Positions 14,921 to 24,088 of a stretch of 28,649 bases of DNA are shown here, one piece after another. The notes under the pieces are model-generated. The model was not told the origin of the DNA. It was given only the letters and a program-made list of their open reading frames with translations, and did not search any database. A program made the translations under genes and the position numbers. The DNA is from Snowella sp. (GTDB lineage: Bacteria; Cyanobacteriota; Cyanobacteriia; Cyanobacteriales; Microcystaceae). The stretch covers positions 1 through 28,649 of the forward strand of contig JAYKGY010000020.1 of NCBI GenBank assembly GCA_035285545.1, given 5' to 3'. Each line of letters opens with the position of its first letter. Position 1 is the first letter of the stretch.

Positions 14921-17578
14921 ACGACGAGACTTATCACTATTTAGCCATGCAGTGTTACCGTTGCTCTTGAGGTTGTCGGGTTTGCCAGCATAACTTTCAT
15001 GACAAGCGTCTTCGCACCATTCCAAGACATTGCCGTGCATATCATACAATCCCCAATTGTTCGGCTTTTTTTGTCCTACAGGATGGGTTTTTGAATCTGA
15101 ATTTTCTTTATACCAAGCATACTTCCACAACTGATTTTCCTCATCGCCAAAACAGTAACGGGTTTGGGTTCCTGCTCGACAGGCATATTCCCATTCCGCT
15201 TCGGTGGGTAAACGAAAATCTTTGCCTGTTAATTCTTTTAGCTTTTGACAAAAAGCTTTTGCATCGTCCCAACTGACATTCTCAACAGGATTGTTAGGAT
15301 TATCTCGAAAAGACGAAGGATTATTGTCCATGATTGCTCGATATTGTTCTTGAGTGACAGGATATTTCCCGATTTGAAAAGCATTGACGTAAACTTCATG
15401 CATAGGTTGTTCTGTCTCATTTTCATCCGATCCCATGAGAAAGCTACCCGCAGGAATATCCACCATTTGACTTAAAATCTGTTTAATTATTGCTTGCTGG
15501 TCAGGGCTAGATATTGCTAATTCTGGCGTAGAGAATTCAATATTAGGGCCTTTAACCTGCTGTTGAACTGGTGATGCTTGAGAATTAGAGCGAATAACTT
15601 GAGGAGAAATTTTTAACAATTTTTCTACTTCCAGTTTTGCTAAACTAAATTGCGGATTTGCTGGTAGATATTCAGTAGGAGACATCACTTGCAAGTCAAA
15701 TTCTGACCAACACTCAGAAATTACTAATTGTGTTAGTTGAGGATGATTTCTTTGCCATTTTTTAGAACAAGGATTTTCTTTGGGGATGTCATGTGTCTCA
15801 AAATTCGGAGGAAAGTATTCACGCGAATAATGTATCCTCTTAAGTAAATCATAATCATTTTTTAAGTCCAGCAAAAATAACGGGTATTTTAAACTAACAG
15901 CAGTAAATTTTGCCAACTGAAAAGCTGTTAATGGTTCCTGAATGATATTACCCTCATCATCTTCAATTCTATCAAATAAGCCTGTTAAATCAGCAATATA
16001 GACTTTCAGACGAAATAGATTAAGAAACTGCTTAATACGACGGGGATTGTAATTAAAAAAGGGCGCAACCATTCTAATCATATCCCGAACTAAAGGCGAA
16101 TCTTGACCAAATTCAACCCTAAGCGTCTCTAATCGTTTTTGAGTTGGACTGGGCGTGGAACTTGCTTCAGACTGAAAAATTGGCTGATTTACGTCTGTTA
16201 CGATAGATTCTTGCTTAGTAACTTGAGTGGCTTGACTAGATTGATTCTCGTCCTTGAGCCGAATAAATTTAGGTAATGTCCACTTAGATTCTTTTTTAGG
16301 TTTGATTGTTGGTAAAGAAGGTTGAATTTTAGAAGCTTTTAATTGCTCAAATAAATTATCAAAATCCGTGAGAGACGGTTGCGGAACTTGGAAAGGAAGC
16401 TGAACAAATTTTTCGATAAAACTATAGCCATAGGCTAATCCCTTATCAAGGTTTCTTTGAGCCAAAATTTCTGGATCAATTTCCTGGGTTTCTGACGGTA
16501 AATAATTCAAAATCTGTTCATATTTAACCGCTAAACCAGCTGCTACTTTTTCCCGATCCATTCCCAAAATAAAAACCACCGAAGGATCATCCGCAATCAT
16601 TAAATTAATTGCTTGCATTAAATCTGCTGCTTTGGGATGCTCACAACGATCTAAATCATCGATAAAAACAAAAACTTTACCATCGCCAATATATGCATCT
16701 ACAATTTTGGTAAAATCTTCATGAAATTCTTCAATAAAAGCTGATTGCTTGTTGTAATCAGGAGATTTAAGATATTTAATTAAATTAAATTTGGGATTAC
16801 CGATAATGCTAGGGATCTTTTTTAATAATGTTAATAAACCTGCTACTGATATGCTACCGCCGCCCGCAATTCCTAAAACATATAAAACCGCTTGTACAAT
16901 TTGATCGGGATTTTTTAATCCACGAATGAGTTGAGTTAGTCCTTCCAGACCATAAATCAACAGAATCAACGGAATTGCGATAACTGAACAAAAGACAAAC
17001 AAGAGAATAAATCCCACCTGAAATAACTCTAGCCAGCCTTTTTTAAGATCAAAACGCGAGATTGCCAACCGTACATGACCTTTAAAAATATCATAGTGAG
17101 CTTGCAAAATATAAACCCAATAGGTTTGCCGATTAGAATTTTGGTACTTTTCTCTGTACTCTTTCCATGTAACCGTCTGAGGAATGGTAATTTGCTTAAT
17201 AAAGGATAATGCAAAGGCCGCCCAAACTGCTTCCGCTTTATCGTGTCGCCAGGCATTAAACCAAACCGTTCTTTGTTTATGTTTTGGTTCCTTTCTGTTT
17301 TTCTTTTCCTGCAAATATTGATCTAATTCCTTCTCCCGCAAATATTTATCCAATTGCTTCATAAATGAAGACTTGCCACTGCCCCACTCCCCTTCCACAG
17401 AAAGCGTTAACGGTGGCTTGGTATCAGGATTTAATAAAAATTCAGCGATCGCGGTTACATAGGGCTTAAACCCAAGGGAATCGTCAACCGTTGCCTGGTC
17501 ACTGAGGCTGGTATTGTGAACCCCCAAGGATTCATCGTTTTGGGAGGGACTTTTGGAAGGTTCTGATGTAAATTCCAT
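14798..17578 (-). CDS. KAP-family P-loop NTPase with two TM helices and C-terminal FGE-sulfatase (SUMF1/CLec) domain; DGR target protein
   Basis: DDSLGFKPY, Walker A GEWGSGKSS, WFNAWRHD, two hydrophobic helices, Walker B FVFIDDLDRC, FIEKFVQLPFQVP, NPRRIKQFLN; then IPAGSFLMGS, PVENVSWDDA, RLPTEAEWEYACRAG, NWGLYDMHGNVLEW, RGGSW, FGFRL. Confidence 0.92.
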   Translation of the reverse strand: MEFTSEPSKSPSQNDESLGVHNTSLSDQATVDDSLGFKPYVTAIAEFLLNPDTKPPLTLSVEGEWGSGKSSFMKQLDKYLREKELDQYLQEKKNRKEPKHKQRTVWFNAWRHDKAEAVWAAFALSFIKQITIPQTVTWKEYREKYQNSNRQTYWVYILQAHYDIFKGHVRLAISRFDLKKGWLELFQVGFILLFVFCSVIAIPLILLIYGLEGLTQLIRGLKNPDQIVQAVLYVLGIAGGGSISVAGLLTLLKKIPSIIGNPKFNLIKYLKSPDYNKQSAFIEEFHEDFTKIVDAYIGDGKVFVFIDDLDRCEHPKAADLMQAINLMIADDPSVVFILGMDREKVAAGLAVKYEQILNYLPSETQEIDPEILAQRNLDKGLAYGYSFIEKFVQLPFQVPQPSLTDFDNLFEQLKASKIQPSLPTIKPKKESKWTLPKFIRLKDENQSSQATQVTKQESIVTDVNQPIFQSEASSTPSPTQKRLETLRVEFGQDSPLVRDMIRMVAPFFNYNPRRIKQFLNLFRLKVYIADLTGLFDRIEDDEGNIIQEPLTAFQLAKFTAVSLKYPLFLLDLKNDYDLLKRIHYSREYFPPNFETHDIPKENPCSKKWQRNHPQLTQLVISECWSEFDLQVMSPTEYLPANPQFSLAKLEVEKLLKISPQVIRSNSQASPVQQQVKGPNIEFSTPELAISSPDQQAIIKQILSQMVDIPAGSFLMGSDENETEQPMHEVYVNAFQIGKYPVTQEQYRAIMDNNPSSFRDNPNNPVENVSWDDAKAFCQKLKELTGKDFRLPTEAEWEYACRAGTQTRYCFGDEENQLWKYAWYKENSDSKTHPVGQKKPNNWGLYDMHGNVLEWCEDACHESYAGKPDNLKSNGNTAWLNSDKSRRVLRGGSWKDYSGDCRSAVRCWILADIGIDSFGFRLILSSF

Positions 17579-17590
17579 AAACGCTATTTT

Positions 17591-17642
17591 TCCTCAAGAT
17601 TAAGCGACAAAAAACGTTATTATCGCCAAAGCGCGATCGCTT
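17591..17642 (+). repeat. HIP1-cored boundary repeat, copy 2
   Basis: TCCTCAAGAT-(10 nt)-AAAACGTTATTATCGCCAAAGCGCGATCGCTT; 10/10 plus 28/32 identity to 18195-18236. Confidence 0.85.
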
Positions 17643-17646
17643 GAAT

Positions 17647-17931
17647 TTAATAGGAAGATAGCTTTTGTTGGCTATGTACAACGGCAAGGACATCAACTCT
17701 ATCAACGCCGACATAGTAAATGATTCGATAATTGGTTTCAATGATTTCACGAATTTGTTCTAAATTCATTTCAGGTAACATCCGACCTGAATTTGGAAAA
17801 TTAGCAATTTGCTCTGAGCGTCTTGTGATGAGATCAACTAATCGAGTGGCATATTCAGGGGAAATTTGAGCATGATAGTTATGGATTGCTTTTAATTGCT
17901 CAATTGCTTTATCTGTCCAAAACACTTTCAT
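17647..17931 (-). CDS. Type II TA toxin, RelE/ParE family
   Basis: MKVFWTDKAIEQLKAI...IANFPNSGRMLPE...IREII...YRIIYY...VDVLAVVHS. Confidence 0.9.
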   Translation of the reverse strand: MKVFWTDKAIEQLKAIHNYHAQISPEYATRLVDLITRRSEQIANFPNSGRMLPEMNLEQIREIIETNYRIIYYVGVDRVDVLAVVHSQQKLSSY

Positions 17932-18116
17932 GGTTGTAAACCAAATTGCGATCGCACGTCGCCAACGGATTGGGTTCGTCCCGCCTTGCTGTCTTCTAAT
18001 CCTGCTTCAACTGCTAAAATCAGGTAAACCTGGTACATAATATCATCCCAAGTACAGTTATCAGGTAATTTTTCAATAAGACTATGAGCTTGGTGTTTAA
18101 TGCTTGGTGTTGTCAT
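17928..18116 (-). CDS. Putative antitoxin partner of the RelE/ParE toxin
   Basis: 62 aa, LIEKLPDNCTWDDIMY...VEAGLEDSKAGR pattern; ATGA overlap with the toxin gene. Confidence 0.8.
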   Translation of the reverse strand: MTTPSIKHQAHSLIEKLPDNCTWDDIMYQVYLILAVEAGLEDSKAGRTQSVGDVRSQFGLQP

Positions 18117-18194
18117 CGGTTCTCTAGAAAAGATAATATGATTTAATTCTAATCAAATTAGACAAAAAATATAAAATTTTTAACCATCATTTAG

Positions 18195-18236
18195 TCCTCA
18201 AGATAAAACGTTATTTTTCCCAAAGTGCGATCGCTT
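18195..18236 (+). repeat. HIP1-cored boundary repeat, copy 3
   Basis: TCCTCAAGATAAAACGTTATTTTTCCCAAAGTGCGATCGCTT, direct repeat of 17591-17642. Confidence 0.85.
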
Positions 18237-18455
18237 AACCCAACTGACCAATTATTTTAGGCTATTCATGCACAATATTCAGTATCAAAAATTTATCATT
18301 TGTCTAGGCTTCGTATTTTAAAATTGCATACATCACAAAACAGTTACAAACGTTAACGCATAACCTAAAATTTATTTCATTAATCAGCTTAAGATTAGAT
18401 TTACTGATCCTTTGCCACAGAAGTTCATTAATCTCTGCCTTGCTCAAAAATATCT

Positions 18456-19406
18456 ATGGATATATCCCTACTATTACAAAACTTCTTAAATGGTTTATCC
18501 ATTGGCAGTGTTTATGCAATTTTTGCGTTGGGCTATACCTTGATATTTTCGATTTTGGGAATTATTAACTTTGCTCATGGGGCATTGTTTACCTTAGGAG
18601 CTTATTTTACCTATGCATTGATGGGAGAAGCCTTTGGGTTTAACGGTTTACTCGCAAATCTACAATTACCGATTCAGTTGCCTTTTGTATTCGCCCTATT
18701 AATCGGCAGTTCGCTGGCTGGTTTAGTAGGCGTTGCGATTGAATATATTGCTTTTCGCCCTTTGCGGAAACGGAAAGCCGATCCCTTATTAACCGTTGTC
18801 TCCAGTTTAGGAATCGCCTTAGTTATTGTTAATGTCATTCAATATTTAGTTGGGGCAGAGAGTTATACCTTTCCGAGTAATACCTACGGTAATTTACCTG
18901 CTGCCATTAATTTCGGCTCCCCTGATAAACCCATTCCCATTCGGACGGTGCAAATTATTATCTTTTTCGTGTGTGCAGCGATTTTAAGTTTACTCACTTA
19001 TTTTATTAATGCCAGTCGTTTTGGGAAGGCAATGCGGGCGGTGGCAGAGGATCAGGTAACTGCAAGTTTACTGGGGATTAATACCAATTTATTTATTGTG
19101 GCCACTTTTTTTGTGAGTAGCTTTTTAGCGGGGGTGGCAGGAACGTTAGTGGGATCGAGTGTGAGTATTTCAGGCCCCTATTTTGGTATTACCTTTGGTT
19201 TAAAAGGCTTAGCGGTGATTGTCTTAGGCGGGTTAGGCAGTATTCCAGGGGCCGTGTTAGGCGGATTAATGATTGGTTTGACGGAAGCCTTTGTACCTGC
19301 GGACTATTCGGCCTATAAAGATGCAGTAGCCTTTAGTATTTTGTTAATTATGCTGTTGGTCAAACCCGAAGGATTGTTGGGTCGTCGCTTTATCCAAAAG
19401 GTTTAA
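18456..19406 (+). CDS. livH: Branched-chain/neutral amino acid ABC transporter permease
   Basis: NGLSIGSVYAIFALGYTLIFSILGIINFAHG, FGKAMRAVAED, VIVLGGLGSIPGAVLGG, KPEGLLG. Confidence 0.92.
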   Translation: MDISLLLQNFLNGLSIGSVYAIFALGYTLIFSILGIINFAHGALFTLGAYFTYALMGEAFGFNGLLANLQLPIQLPFVFALLIGSSLAGLVGVAIEYIAFRPLRKRKADPLLTVVSSLGIALVIVNVIQYLVGAESYTFPSNTYGNLPAAINFGSPDKPIPIRTVQIIIFFVCAAILSLLTYFINASRFGKAMRAVAEDQVTASLLGINTNLFIVATFFVSSFLAGVAGTLVGSSVSISGPYFGITFGLKGLAVIVLGGLGSIPGAVLGGLMIGLTEAFVPADYSAYKDAVAFSILLIMLLVKPEGLLGRRFIQKV

Positions 19407-19410
19407 CGTT

Positions 19411-20370
19411 ATGGTGAATGCTCTCAATGATTATGCTCCGTTAATTGTCTCCATGTTGTTGGGGGCGTTGTTGGGAATTTCGCTGTATTTACCCTTGATG
19501 ACGGGTCAATTATCCCTCGCCAGTCCTGGTTTTTATGCGGTGGGTGGCTATATTGCCGCGATCGCGTCTACCCAAATTTTTCCCACATCGGGATTATATC
19601 CTTTACCCTTATTTTTCTTGGAAATGCTTGTAGCAGGGGGGATCAGTGCCATTTTGGGTTTATGTGTCGGTGTGCCTGTATTGCGGTTACGGGGAATTTA
19701 TTTAGCGATCGCGACTATTGCCTTTGTCGAAGTTTTACGCATTTTTTCGTTAAATTTAGACATCACAGGGGGAGCCATTGGTATTTTCGGCATTCCCCAA
19801 CCGTTTAACAGTACCTTAGAGTATCTTTGGGTCGTGATTCCCCTTTTAATTGCCAGTGGTTTAATTCTCTATCGATTGGAAAGGATTCGGGTCGGTCGAG
19901 CTTTTACTGCCATTCGGGAAGATGAATTAGCGGCGGCGGCGATGGGGATTAATCCAACTCGCTATAAGGTGTTTGCTTTTGTTTTAGGGGCTATTGTAGC
20001 GGGTGTGGCGGGTGTGGTCAGTGCCCATTTTTTGAATACCTGGAATGCTCGTCAGGGAACCTTTGATGCCAGTATTATTTATCTCACCTCGGTTTTAATT
20101 GGGGGAACACGCACCTTTGTCGGGCCAATTTTGGGCGGTATGATGTTTACTGCCTTACCCGAAATTCTGCGATCGCTGGCCAATATTCCCAATTTACCCC
20201 TGTGGTTAGCAGGCTTTTTTAAAGATGGACGATTGATTATTTTTGGGGTTTTAATCGTTATTGGAACGCTCTTTTTCCCCCAAGGATTAGTTACGCCTGA
20301 TTTATTAAAAAAAATGTCAAAGTTAACCCGATCTTGGCTTCCCAAAAAGAAATTCAACAAACCCTCATGA
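19411..20370 (+). CDS. livM: Branched-chain/neutral amino acid ABC transporter permease
   Basis: TGQLSLA, LRLRGIYLAIATIAFVEV, GRAFTAIREDELAA, FFPQGL. Confidence 0.9.
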   Translation: MVNALNDYAPLIVSMLLGALLGISLYLPLMTGQLSLASPGFYAVGGYIAAIASTQIFPTSGLYPLPLFFLEMLVAGGISAILGLCVGVPVLRLRGIYLAIATIAFVEVLRIFSLNLDITGGAIGIFGIPQPFNSTLEYLWVVIPLLIASGLILYRLERIRVGRAFTAIREDELAAAAMGINPTRYKVFAFVLGAIVAGVAGVVSAHFLNTWNARQGTFDASIIYLTSVLIGGTRTFVGPILGGMMFTALPEILRSLANIPNLPLWLAGFFKDGRLIIFGVLIVIGTLFFPQGLVTPDLLKKMSKLTRSWLPKKKFNKPS

Positions 20371-21152
20371 TGGCAGAATTACCCCTTACTCAACCGATTT
20401 TAGAAGCCAAAACCGTAACGCGACGCTTTGGGGGATTGGTGGCGGTTAATGAGGTGAGCTTTAGTGTTCAATCCGATGAAATTTTTGGTTTAATTGGCCC
20501 CAATGGTGCGGGTAAAACCACCTTATTTAATTTAATTACGGGCTTAATTGAACCCTCTAGCGGACAAATTCTCTGTCAAGATCAGGCCATTTCTAAATTA
20601 CACCCTTACCAAATTGCCAAAAAAGGCATTGCCCGAACTTTTCAAAATATTCGGCTATTTGGCGAATTATCAGCCTTAGAAAATGTCATTGTGGGACGAC
20701 ATTTACATACCAAAAGCGGTTTAATCACAGGCATTTTAGGTTTACCCCAAGCAAAAAAGGCTGAAAAGCAGGCCCAACAAAGAGCGCAGGAGTTAATTCA
20801 ATTAGTCGGACTCGGCGATCGCGCTCAGGAAAAAGCCAAAAATTTATCCTACGGGGATCAACGGCGTTTAGAGATTGCCAGAGCCTTAGCATTAGAACCG
20901 TCGATTTTACTACTGGATGAACCCGCAGCAGGCATGAATCCGAGCGAAAAGCAGAATTTAAGTGAGTTTATTCGGGAAATCCGCCAGCAATTTAACCTGA
21001 CTGTGATTCTCATTGAACATCATGTTCCCCTCGTCATGGGATTGTGCGATCGCATTGCGGTGCTTAACTTTGGTAAATTAATTGCGTTGGGCAAACCCGA
21101 AGTGGTCAGAAACGACCCCGCCGTCATTGAAGCCTATTTAGGAGCCGATTAA
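20367..21152 (+). CDS. livG: Branched-chain amino acid ABC transporter ATP-binding protein
   Basis: FGGLVAV, GPNGAGKTT, ARTFQNIRLF, LSYGDQRRLEIARAL, DEPAAGMN, VIEAYLG; ATG at 20367 gives an ATGA overlap with livM. Confidence 0.92.
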   Translation: MMAELPLTQPILEAKTVTRRFGGLVAVNEVSFSVQSDEIFGLIGPNGAGKTTLFNLITGLIEPSSGQILCQDQAISKLHPYQIAKKGIARTFQNIRLFGELSALENVIVGRHLHTKSGLITGILGLPQAKKAEKQAQQRAQELIQLVGLGDRAQEKAKNLSYGDQRRLEIARALALEPSILLLDEPAAGMNPSEKQNLSEFIREIRQQFNLTVILIEHHVPLVMGLCDRIAVLNFGKLIALGKPEVVRNDPAVIEAYLGAD

Positions 21153-21877
21153 TGCCTGATTCTCCGAGCCACTGTTTGTTAGAAGTTTCAGAATTATGCG
21201 TCAACTATGACGGGATTCGTGCGCTGGATCAGGTGAATTTGTGGATCGAGCAAGGGGAAGTTGTCACCCTGATTGGAGCCAACGGAGCAGGCAAAACGAC
21301 CACATTAAAAGCCATTTCGCGGTTAATTAATCCCCGTAGTGGGCAAATTTCCTACAATGGCCGTCCGATTACCCGTCGTTCTGCGTATGAATTGGTCAAA
21401 CTGGGTTTAGCCCATTGCCCTGAAGGTCGGCGCGTTTTAGCCAAACAAACGGTTCTCGACAATTTGGAATTAGGGGCTTATGTGCGTTCCGATATGAAAG
21501 CCATTCGCCAAGATATTGATGCCCAATTACAACTGTTTCCCCGTCTGGCTGAACGTCGTAACCAGTTAGCCGGAACCTTGAGCGGTGGAGAACAACAAAT
21601 GTTAGCGATCGCCCGTGCCTTGATGAGCCGTCCCCAGTTATTGCTATTAGATGAACCGAGTTTGGGGTTAGCGCCTGCCATTGTGCGAGAAATTTTTACG
21701 ATTATTCGTAACCTACGGGAAACGGGAGTCACTATTCTATTAGTTGAACAAAATGCCAATCTAGCTCTCGAAATCAGCGATCGCGGTTATGTTTTAGAAA
21801 GCGGAAGGATTACCCTAAGTGGCAAAGCGGCGGATTTATTACACGATGAAGCCATTAAAAAAGCCTACTTGGGATAG
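21152..21877 (+). CDS. livF: Branched-chain amino acid ABC transporter ATP-binding protein
   Basis: GANGAGKTT, PEGRRV, LSGGEQQMLAIARALM, DEPSLGLAP, LVEQNA. Confidence 0.93.
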   Translation: MPDSPSHCLLEVSELCVNYDGIRALDQVNLWIEQGEVVTLIGANGAGKTTTLKAISRLINPRSGQISYNGRPITRRSAYELVKLGLAHCPEGRRVLAKQTVLDNLELGAYVRSDMKAIRQDIDAQLQLFPRLAERRNQLAGTLSGGEQQMLAIARALMSRPQLLLLDEPSLGLAPAIVREIFTIIRNLRETGVTILLVEQNANLALEISDRGYVLESGRITLSGKAADLLHDEAIKKAYLG

Positions 21878-21906
21878 GCTCTAGTGTGGTAATTAGCAAA
21901 ATATTT

Positions 21907-22089
21907 TTAATTATTGTTGATTTCAGGAAAGGTTAAATCAAAATCTTCGATTAAATCATCCAGTTCCGTTAATGCTTGATCCACATCGAGCTTCAGGATA
22001 CCGAGATTCGGTTGTTGGGATAATTGCACTAAAAATTCCCGTTTTGCCGTAATTAATTTGATTTTTTCTTGAATAGCTGTTTTATCCAT
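21907..22089 (-). CDS. Small hypothetical protein (predicted helical hairpin)
   Basis: ATG preceded by GAGGA; amphipathic LGILKLDVDQALTELDDLIEDF sequence; fills the gap between flanking genes. Confidence 0.7.
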   Translation of the reverse strand: MDKTAIQEKIKLITAKREFLVQLSQQPNLGILKLDVDQALTELDDLIEDFDLTFPEINNN

Positions 22090-22196
22090 AATTTTAGTAT
22101 CCTCACTGAACCCCTAATATTATAGCGAAATTACCCTAGCTCACTGAGTCGTAACCGTAACCCAAAAAAGCGATCGCGGAAAAATTACCGATTATC

Positions 22197-23861
22197 CTAA
22201 AAATGCTTGCGTTTAAAATCTTCAATAATTTTAGCTAATTTGCCAGACGAAGCCTGACTAATAAAATCTAACTTAAACTCTTCCCCCTGACTTAAATATT
22301 CAGCGTAGGCAGATTGTAAATAGGGACGAAATTGTTCATTTTTGTTGATATAGAGTTGAAAAAAAGGAATTTCGATAGCAGTGGCGTAACTGGTAATCAG
22401 TGTTTGGCTCGGTAGGGTGAGATGTTCCAGGGATTCAAGGCTTTGGGTCAGTCCTGCATCTAGCTCGGAAAAGTTGACATGGGCTTGCCCTTCTACCATT
22501 GCCCAGTATTTCTGAGGAGTGGTTAGCCAGGTAAAAGAAGAGGCTTGTTCCAAAGCGGGTGGCGTGGCAGGATCATAGCTTCCTGAACCCAGAAGCGTAG
22601 GAATGGCAATTTTAGCTAGACCTTTTTGCCCAAAGATACCACGATTCACTGGATTAGCAGCAAAGACGGCTTGAACCCGATTATCACGGAAATTATAGTT
22701 TTTTCGAGGAAGTTTTAAAGCTTGGCATTCCAATAACAGCGCAATATTTAAGCCACTATACAATCGATCGCAGTCTTGCTGGAGATGATCAAAATCAATT
22801 TCGGCACCCGCGATCGCCAAAGCCGTATATCCCCCGAAGGAATGGCCGCCAATGCCCACTTTCTGCAAGTCCAGTCGATTTTGGAACTCGGTCGCATTAC
22901 GCCGTTCTAACTCATCCAGGATAAAACTAATATCCTTAGGGCGATTGATAAATTCGTCTAGATCAAAGGCATCTTTGTGATAGCCTGCGAGGGTTTCTTT
23001 CGCCCAAATACTATCACTTCCGGGATGTTGAGGAGCCGCAATCAAGAAACCATAGGAAGCTAGACGTTCTAACCCTGTTCTATAGTCTTCAGGACGGGAG
23101 GCTAGCCCATGAGAAAAAACAATAACAGGAATTCGACCCGCAGGAAGGGATTGGGGAATGTAGATATCAGCGTATAGAGAACGATTACGACTTGGATCGG
23201 TTAGATTCCAGACCTGTTTATTGACTTGATAGGGCCCTGCCTTCCGCAGATCGGGTAACTGAGCATAATCCACACGGGGATCAGTCGCCGCTTCCTCGGC
23301 AGTTAATTGGCTAAACTCTGTAATTAAGGTTTCCGTCGCTAAAACAATTTTTTGGGCCTCTTGAGCAAATCCCAAAACGTATTCTCCTTGAATCTGCATA
23401 TCCGTCGGTAGCTTTTTGAGGACATTGAGCAAGGTAAAGCCATCGGGAGCCATTGCGGCTTGAACGAAAGCTGCGCGAATTGCATATTTCCCATTGCGTC
23501 CGCCATGAATGGTAATCCCTTTACCAATTCGAGTCAGGATATCTTCGCCAATATTGGTATTAAAAAAACGAGAAATAACCACAGGATCTAGGTCAATGCG
23601 TTTCGTCAGAGCTTCTTTAAATGCCGCTTGTTGTTCTGGAGTCGTAAATTGAAAATAAAAACCTAAGTCACTATTAATTTTTCCCTGCTGGGCGTATTGC
23701 TCCAAGGAGTTTGTCCGAATGGAAAGATTGAGGGGCGGATAGACAAAAAAAATCTTCTCGGCTGAGTGGGCGGGGAGACTGGTTAAAAAGGCGGTACATA
23801 ACCCTAATAGGAAGGATGGGATTCTGCCTGATTTAGAAGATAACCGAGGAAATTTCATCAT
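22197..23861 (-). CDS. Alpha/beta hydrolase with N-terminal DUF1400 domain
   Basis: Signal peptide ending PAHSAEKI; VIVFSHGLAS, PQHPGSD, RPKDISFILDEL, nucleophile elbow GHSFGGYT. Confidence 0.88.
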   Translation of the reverse strand: MMKFPRLSSKSGRIPSFLLGLCTAFLTSLPAHSAEKIFFVYPPLNLSIRTNSLEQYAQQGKINSDLGFYFQFTTPEQQAAFKEALTKRIDLDPVVISRFFNTNIGEDILTRIGKGITIHGGRNGKYAIRAAFVQAAMAPDGFTLLNVLKKLPTDMQIQGEYVLGFAQEAQKIVLATETLITEFSQLTAEEAATDPRVDYAQLPDLRKAGPYQVNKQVWNLTDPSRNRSLYADIYIPQSLPAGRIPVIVFSHGLASRPEDYRTGLERLASYGFLIAAPQHPGSDSIWAKETLAGYHKDAFDLDEFINRPKDISFILDELERRNATEFQNRLDLQKVGIGGHSFGGYTALAIAGAEIDFDHLQQDCDRLYSGLNIALLLECQALKLPRKNYNFRDNRVQAVFAANPVNRGIFGQKGLAKIAIPTLLGSGSYDPATPPALEQASSFTWLTTPQKYWAMVEGQAHVNFSELDAGLTQSLESLEHLTLPSQTLITSYATAIEIPFFQLYINKNEQFRPYLQSAYAEYLSQGEEFKLDFISQASSGKLAKIIEDFKRKHF

Positions 23862-24088
23862 AGTTCACCCCTGTTGTTGTCATACCTGCTGAATTAAATA
23901 CCAGCTATCTTATCATTGACGTTCCGCATACTTATTGTTTTTCAATCAATTTTTAGGATTTATCAGAACGCGATCGCGCAAGTTCTTTTCCCCTGTGGCG
24001 TATCTTCCCAGTAGGTTGCCAGGTCTCTTCAATCATCAGGTTCTCTCAAAGCGTTAAGATCGGTTAACGATCCCTTTAAGCGTTGACC

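Noticed and set aside
14707..14970. 87-aa plus-strand ORF over the VR and repeats
   Set aside because: Antisense shadow of the KAP-CLec 3' end, the repeats and avd; no recognisable protein features
18300..18360. NtcA site upstream of livH
   Set aside because: No GTA-N8-TAC match; only half-site look-alikes such as CAC-N8-TAC
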